Origin: Takakia lepidozioides
Taxonomy: Eukaryota; Plantae; Bryophyta
NCBI GenBank assembly: GCA_030704615.1
Contig: CM060734.1
Coordinates: 40,114,001-40,178,000, forward strand
Direction: 5' to 3'
Length of the DNA: 64,000 nt
The notes under the pieces were generated by a model. It was not told where the DNA came from, searched no databases, and worked only from the letters and a program-made list of their open reading frames with translations. The translations under genes and the position numbers were made by a program. Positions 57,808-64,000 of the stretch are shown here, piece by piece (the first letter of the stretch is position 1; each line of letters begins with the position of its first letter).

Positions 57808-59294
57808 TTTTTTGGAATTCCCTAGGCGCTCAGTGCAAAGCTCCCAGGGGAGGTAGTGGGAAGAAAAAAATCCTTGGGCTTGACACACCCTGTGAATCAT
57901 GGGAAGATCGTCGAGAGAGTAGGCCGTTGGGATCTCTTCAATGATTGGCTGATCATACACAAGGCATTGTTCATGCGACATTTGGTTCCTCGTAAATACC
58001 ATAGCACCATGTATTCAATTGGAGAACCCATTGCGAGGGAGTCACAAGTGATCAGCAGCATAGTGAATACTTTGTTTAAGCCGGTGAATGATGCTGCACA
58101 AATTATGGGGTTGCATGCCCGTTTGACAGAGTCGATAGGGAAAATTGATTGTCCAAGTCACACATTAATGGATCTTATGGCTGAATCTTACAATCCGACA
58201 AGTTTGGAGGCAGTCAAAGTCATTATGCCTATAGAATGCCAAGGCCAGTGGCGGGAACAACACGATGGGAGACACTTCCACGAGTTATTGCAGGGAAGTG
58301 ATGAGGACAAATTGAAAGTGGCCAAGCCAGTGGCACAGTTATTGATGTACTCAGTAAGTTTCTCAAATCATCCATGTCATCCAGGTTCTTGCTAGGAGTG
58401 AGAGTGATTTGATGCTTCTCAAGCTGCATGTTGTGAAGGAGCCCCGCGACAGGATTGCGTGTGCCATGCATTGCACTAATAGAACCATATTACTCTTGAT
58501 CGACCCCATCCCTTGTGGTGGGAGGCCTCCCTAACAATACAAGACTATCCCCATCTATGCCTGAACTAGCTGCCTCCAGCATCTGTGCTCGACTCTCAGT
58601 AGTAGCTAGACTCTCAAATTTGTCCTAGCCATTGGACCGTTTGGCACTGAGTTCGCTAGATTTTGATGATGAGTTATCACTAGGCTTTAAATGAAGGTAC
58701 ATAAAGGTACACAAATGTCATTCTTCAGTTTGCGAGAGGTAAGAAATTCTTTTTGCTCCCAACCATAAAGTTGCCCGCAATATATGAGGGGTACTCAGGA
58801 GCAGGTGCAGTCTTGCTGATCACTTGATGGGCTTTATGGTAGTTTTATGCCTAACTTTTTTCTCAATTGGACAATCCTTAGGCAACAGACATTAGACACT
58901 TCAGCCTCCCAAGTCAGATTCATTCAGTAGGGTCAAGTCTTCAAGGTTGATATCCATATGCTTGAAAGGTGCATTGTTTGTTTATTAAGATAAATTGTTT
59001 GTGTTTTTTAGGTGCTTGAGGGATGTCGGTACTCCTTATTAATATCAAACAAGTACATAGTGTGCTGCCGTCAACCAATCAACGGAAATGTGAACGAAGT
59101 GGAATATACTGACACCTTTGATATCAACATGACCCACCCAGAGGCACGCAAGGTCCTACTGTATATGCTCTGGTTGGCATACCACGAAAAATTCCTTGAT
59201 CCAAATGACTGGGGGGTTACGCCCCAAATTTCAAGTGGGATGTACCAGGATTTGGAGGTTTATTGTTTGGAACCTCAGACTTTCCAACTTGACC
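56344..59294. repeat. Near-perfect long inverted repeat: arms 56344-57807 and 57830-59294, 22-nt spacer
   Basis: Mirror ORFs are identical or nearly so (57242-57781 vs 57856-58395; 57166-57408 vs 58229-58471; 56273-56626 vs 59012-59329 until the arm end). By eye there are only 2 substitutions and 1 indel. Confidence 0.97.
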
Positions 59295-59329
59295 CAAATT
59301 GTTTCTGCCGGACATCGTATTTCAAGTGA
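57830..59329 (+). pseudogene. Inverted partial copy of the CR gene (REase-like exons only)
   Basis: Exons ~57830-58353 and 59012-59329 share the same intron as the other copy. Sequence diverges after 59294 and reaches a stop at 59329. Confidence 0.6.
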
Positions 59330-59639
59330 AAAAGCATACATTTGATGCAATACTACTTACTATTACAAGCTGCAAATTGTTACATTGGAATCTTTGATGT
59401 CATATCTATAATACAACCTCGGCAAGAACTAAAGATTAGAAACATCACTAAAGAAGCTTTTAGAGAGTGTAACATACAAAGATAACTCAAGACCTACGAA
59501 ATGTCCACAACATACCTCTGGCAAGAGTAGGTGAGAACAGGGCGCAGGCAGGTGTGCGTTGTGGGATTGCACCAATTTGCAAAGTCTAATGCCCTTGACA
59601 CAAAGTTGGTCGAAAGCCAAAATGGAAAAAACGACCAAC

Positions 59640-59990
59640 GCTCCAACGCTTTGCTCTGTCGTGGCCCGCAAGCGGGCCATCTGGCATTCTCTCAGGAGAC
59701 TATCTCTGATCCCTCCTTTCGGCACATAGAGACGCTTTTGCTTATACCGGAGCAGTCCATTTTGCAAGTGGAACTGCGATTTAACCCTCATCCTCAAGTC
59801 CCGCATCACGGACTTCGCCATCTCATCCTTCCGGAAAGCCTTCCGAATCTTCCTTTGGAGCGCCGTCTCGCCCCTGTATACCAACATGAGCTGCTGCTTT
59901 CTATTTTAGGTATCGGCCACCACATTGTCATGTCCCAGTTTGTACTGGATATCCACGTCGAACACCGCCAAAGTATCTTGCCACCTAAGA
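59640..59990 (-). mobile_element. Ty3/Gypsy pol fragment (RNase H end to integrase zinc finger)
   Basis: WQDTLAVFDVDIQYKLGHDNVVAD..F.LQNGLLRYKQKRLYVPKGGIRDSLLREC. Confidence 0.75.
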
Positions 59991-61366
59991 TCACCTTATC
60001 AAATTTAGAATAACTTTTGACTATTTTAATAATAAATCTGTGCTTGACATAGGCTGGTTTAGTTAATAAAATAACATAGCTTTTAATATATTTTATATCA
60101 ATTTTAATTTAAGTGATAACTAAAAATTGATAATTAAAAATAACAAAAAATGATTAAAATATAAAAGATAAACTAATAAAAATTTATAAATATAGGACAT
60201 ATATATGCATATGCTTCCAAAGGAGGCTTAATATGCCAATCCGTGGCCATTACTTATAGCTTATGCGGGTTTGGGTTTTAATTTATCTCGATGACTTGCT
60301 ATACAGCGACCTTGTTTTTCCTTAGAAAACAAGCCTAAAACGGCAATGGGCTCTCTTGCTTTGGCAAAACAGAAGAGAAAGGTAAGAATAAGGGGCATGA
60401 CTATTGGAGCCTGGACATGGTGTAAGGTCCTTTGACCACATTTTCTCCATTGACTTGAACATGTTGCAAAGTCTCTCTCTCTACAAGAGAGCCAACCAAA
60501 AGAATAGTTTGACGTCTACCAATTTGTTTTTACTCGGATGAACCATATTTTCTAGTATTTTCATACATACGTATTTTGTAGAAAATCCAGTTAAGCGATT
60601 TTTAAATAAAATATCCCTTTGGGAAAAAAAAAATCGCCTGAATTGTGGGCTCAGCTGTCGCTCCCAGGTTTCCTATATTTAAAAAAAAAAAAAAAAAAAA
60701 AAACAATTCAAACTGAAAAACAAATGGAACAGAAATGGTATCCCCGGTTGCCAGCTTACCACGATCGTCGGAGCTATCCGTCCGACACGTGTCACAAGCG
60801 CAGGCTGACATGCGACTTTTGTACTTTGTTGTCTGACGTGGGATATGTCCCCATCCATTCGTTCTCACTCTAGCTTTCCGCGGACGTTATAAAGCACCAT
60901 TTCATTTCTATTTATATATCATATATTATAATATATATAAAACCGAAAATAACGGTCAACAAGTACAAAAAGCGTACGCATGCCGGCACCCAACGTTCAT
61001 CCATCCGTTTCACTTTCATTATCTCACCAATTTTAACTGCTGAAATATATATAAATGAAATAAACATATCGAGCCCAAAATAAAAAATACCGGCGAACGG
61101 TCAAGCACGTAACAGCAGCGCGAGGTGGCGGACTTACCCCGCCCTGTTTATTTATTTTATCTTAGGGCAGCCGGCCCAGCCTGTGCGACAATTATATATT
61201 TCACCAACAAATTATTTCATAAAATAAAATTAATAATATAATTTGGAGAAAAAATAAAATCAAAGAAGTTTGTTATTAATTGTTTTTATGAAATTTGTTT
61301 TGTTTTGTTTTTTAATAAGTTTGTTTCTGGAGAGAAAAATAAAAAAAATGAGGCAGTGTCGTGGTC

Positions 61367-61402
<36 letters not shown>

Positions 61403-62053
61403 GTGCGCATCAACGTTTCGAGGTATGGCAGTCTGGGATGAGCTCACAAAGTTTTATGGCAGGGGTCTTGTCTCTCACGGTGCCTCAGTGTCAAGACCAG
61501 TTCCAACAAGTGCATGCTTCTAAAAACGGCGAGCTTTGGGGAGGAGGTTGGGCAGGAGGGGTGGGAAGCTGTAAGGTCCTGGTCGGGGTTTGATGGAGAG
61601 GTATGTTTGCTGTAGGTGGAGGATACTGTATTCATGTGGTGGCATGATTTGAGAGAAGGAGCGGGGGAAATTATGAAGCTAGTGTTTCTCTGTTCAAGCG
61701 TGAGTGTGGAAGACGCTTTACCTGGCAGATCAGAGAGGGCTATAATTTGAGAAGTGGGGAGGTGCTGGGCAGTCTACGCGAGGGAAGTGATATGGTGGTA
61801 ACCTATGCGGAGGCGAAAGGCGAGTCTCGGGGGTTGCTACGGGACGTTTTCCTCATAAGAGAGGAGGAAACATCTAGCACAATTGAGGTCTAGTCTTATT
61901 TTGCGAGGCGGTCGGGGAGTGAGCCAATACGTGGAAATTTAGCACAGCAGTGATGCTCGAGGCAGGTGATTGTTGTTAGCGACTAAGGCTGAGTGCAAAC
62001 CGATTAGAATTGTCACTTGTAGGATTTTGGGGAGCTACACTGACCGGGTAGCG

Positions 62054-64000
62054 ATGGAGCGAAAGACAGGTCAGGCGCTGGTGCTGTCCGTGGTGGAGGT
62101 GATCGGGGAGGTGGGCGCCATTGGGGATGTGGTGCGCAGCTATCGTAAAGAGTGTGGCCATCTCACACGACGCATTAAGTCATTGGCTCCCCTATTTGAG
62201 GAGCTTCGTGATTCTGGAGCCCTAGTTTCCATAGCAGCTGTCCCATCCTTCAGGGCTTTGGAAGCTGTTTTGCTTAGAGCCAAGAAGGTGCTGGAAGAGT
62301 GCAGGGACGGCAGTCAGTTTTGGTTGGTAAGTTAAGGTCAAAGTTTGTTGTCTGTGTGGGTCTTTTCTGCATGTGTGGGCAAAATGATCGTGAGTTATGC
62401 TCCTGTGCTCTGATGTTGTGGGCCTTTCTTCTATGTGTCTCGTATGGAGCTTCGCAAACAGACCAGCGATATAGTCTATTGGTAGTAGATACTGGTTGAA
62501 GCCAGGTGTCACATGACATATAGAAGGTAATAGAACGAGTATGAGTGGTTCATGCAGGTGATGAACAAGGAGAAGATGAGCGTGCAGTTCCGGCAGCTGA
62601 CAGCAGACCTGAGCAAAGCCTTGGATCTCCTCCCGCTGGAGGTCCTGGATGTTTCTGATGAAGTATATGAACAGGTACCCCTTGATCTTTGATTCTACAG
62701 GAAGACACTGCCTTTTTGTTGGCCCATACCAATTTTGATATTAAATGCCATTCATTCTCTGAGCTTGTCATAGGTTCTGTGACACTCCCTCTTTGATTGT
62801 CTTAATTCAAAGTTGTTGGTAGGCAGTCAGTAGCTTGGATTTCGAAAAGTTGGTGACTGATCTGCTGCGGTCATACTTATCCATGTTGTTTGAAATTTGA
62901 CAGCTTGGAGGGGATTTTGGCTACCACTTGAAAGTGGTTGTGCCAATGTCTGACCTATTGTGCCTTTTCTCTTACCGTGCAAGGTGTTTGAGTGACATGC
63001 ATATGGTTGTTAGTTTGCTGACTTCCAAGTGTGGCAGGTGGAGCTCGTGCGTGTGCAAGTGAAGCGGGCCAAGTCTCGAGGGGATGTGCCAGATGAGCAA
63101 CTATACGCAATCGTACACTCTCTCCTGAAACATGAGGCGGAGAAGCTGCCGCTACCGAGAACTCTTCTCGAGGATGCTGCCGAGAAGCTGCGGTTACAAA
63201 CAGAAACAGCCTGGAAACAAGAATGGAGAGCTTTGGATAATTTGGCAGGGCAAGGCGATACACTGAAAGACAATGTTGATAATATGATGCAAGTGCTCAG
63301 CAAAATTCACTTCAGGGCTCTAGAGGACGAGAAAGAACCTGAATCTGTCTTTTCTACATGGCGTGCTGGCAAAGCATCTTGTTCAACAGAACCACATTTT
63401 TCGGTTCGCATGGCTGGTCCTCTTCCCCCTGATGATTTTAAGTGCCCCATTTCCCTGGAGCTTATGAAGGACCCTGTGATTGTGGCTACTGGCCAGGTAC
63501 TCTCTCTCTCTCTCTTCTCCGGATGCATTCTGTGCACCCTTGTATACACTATCTAATATGACCTTTGCTGAGATTTATTGTGCTGAACTGCTTCAATACT
63601 TCAAACACTTGTTAATTTTATGGATGTGGCTTGTGTGGCATATGCAGACGTATGAGCGTGCATGCATTCAGAAGTGGTTACATGCAAACAATCGAACGTG
63701 TCCGAAAACGCAGCAGGTGCTCACACACCTTATCCTCACCCCCAATTATGTTTTGCGTAGTCTCATTGCGCAATGGTGTGAGGCAAACGGCATGGAGGCA
63801 CCCAAGAGGCCAGGGTCAGGTGGAGGTGGGAAGCTTGGCGGTAGTGGGGCAGATGGTGGGGTTGCGTATGGTGACAATGCTTTGGTGGAGTCATTGCTAC
63901 TCAAGTTGCACAGTGAGCAGGCGGAGGTACAGCGGCAGGCAGCAGGTGAGCTGCGGCTGCTGGCTAAGGTGAGCACTGAGAATCGGATGTGCTTAGCTGA
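62054..64000 (+). CDS. Plant U-box/ARM E3 ligase (UND-U-box-ARM, PUB13/14-like); exons 62054-62326, 62558-62674, 63038-63496, 63648-end; partial
   Basis: UND motifs RKECGHLTRRIKSLAPLFEELRD and LDVSDEVYEQ|VELV. U-box PDDFKCPISLELMKDPVIVATGQ|TYERACIQKW..TCPKT..LTPNYVLRSLIAQWCE. First ARM repeat QRQAAGELRLLAK. Confidence 0.92.

Noticed and set aside
57808-57829. Palindrome spacer as a leftover sequencing adapter
   Set aside because: It does not resemble the PacBio SMRTbell adapter as I recall it. Other fold-back artefacts remain possible.
60800-60985. Short imperfect inverted repeat (TTTTGTACTT.GTTG / CAACAAGTACAAAA) in AT-rich intergenic DNA
   Set aside because: It is too short and lacks a TSD, so it cannot be called an element.

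Overview
This is eukaryotic nuclear DNA from a land plant, most likely a bryophyte or other non-seed plant. That assignment is inferred from GT-AG introns, PLS-class PPR fragments and the TE content. Recognisable genes are an At3g59300-like split-barrel protein, ELM1 and ABCF1 (divergent from each other), a coiled-coil gene, an inverted pair of BTB/KCTD genes, an LRR receptor kinase with features of both SOBIR1 and CORYNE, and a PUB13-type U-box/ARM E3 ligase running off the right end. A QLQ-like/SWOLLEN1-like gene runs off the left end. The 7-17.5 kb region is a TE nest: a TA-flanked MITE, a Sec13/PPR fragment mosaic, a Gypsy element with an apparently self-priming PBS, a CACTA-like insert, a Copia element with an internal inversion, and a PIF/Harbinger element. 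The most unusual locus is at 54.2-59.3 kb: a spliced Crinkler-type restriction-endonuclease-fold plus kinase gene whose 5' part lies in a near-perfect ~1.46 kb-arm palindrome with a 22-nt spacer. A non-LTR family is present in four fragments; the two with TSDs both inserted at TCTATG, and one is only 24 nt long. All family assignments come from motif recognition by eye, not from searches. Some regions show indel patterns typical of long-read error, so several frameshifts may not be biological.
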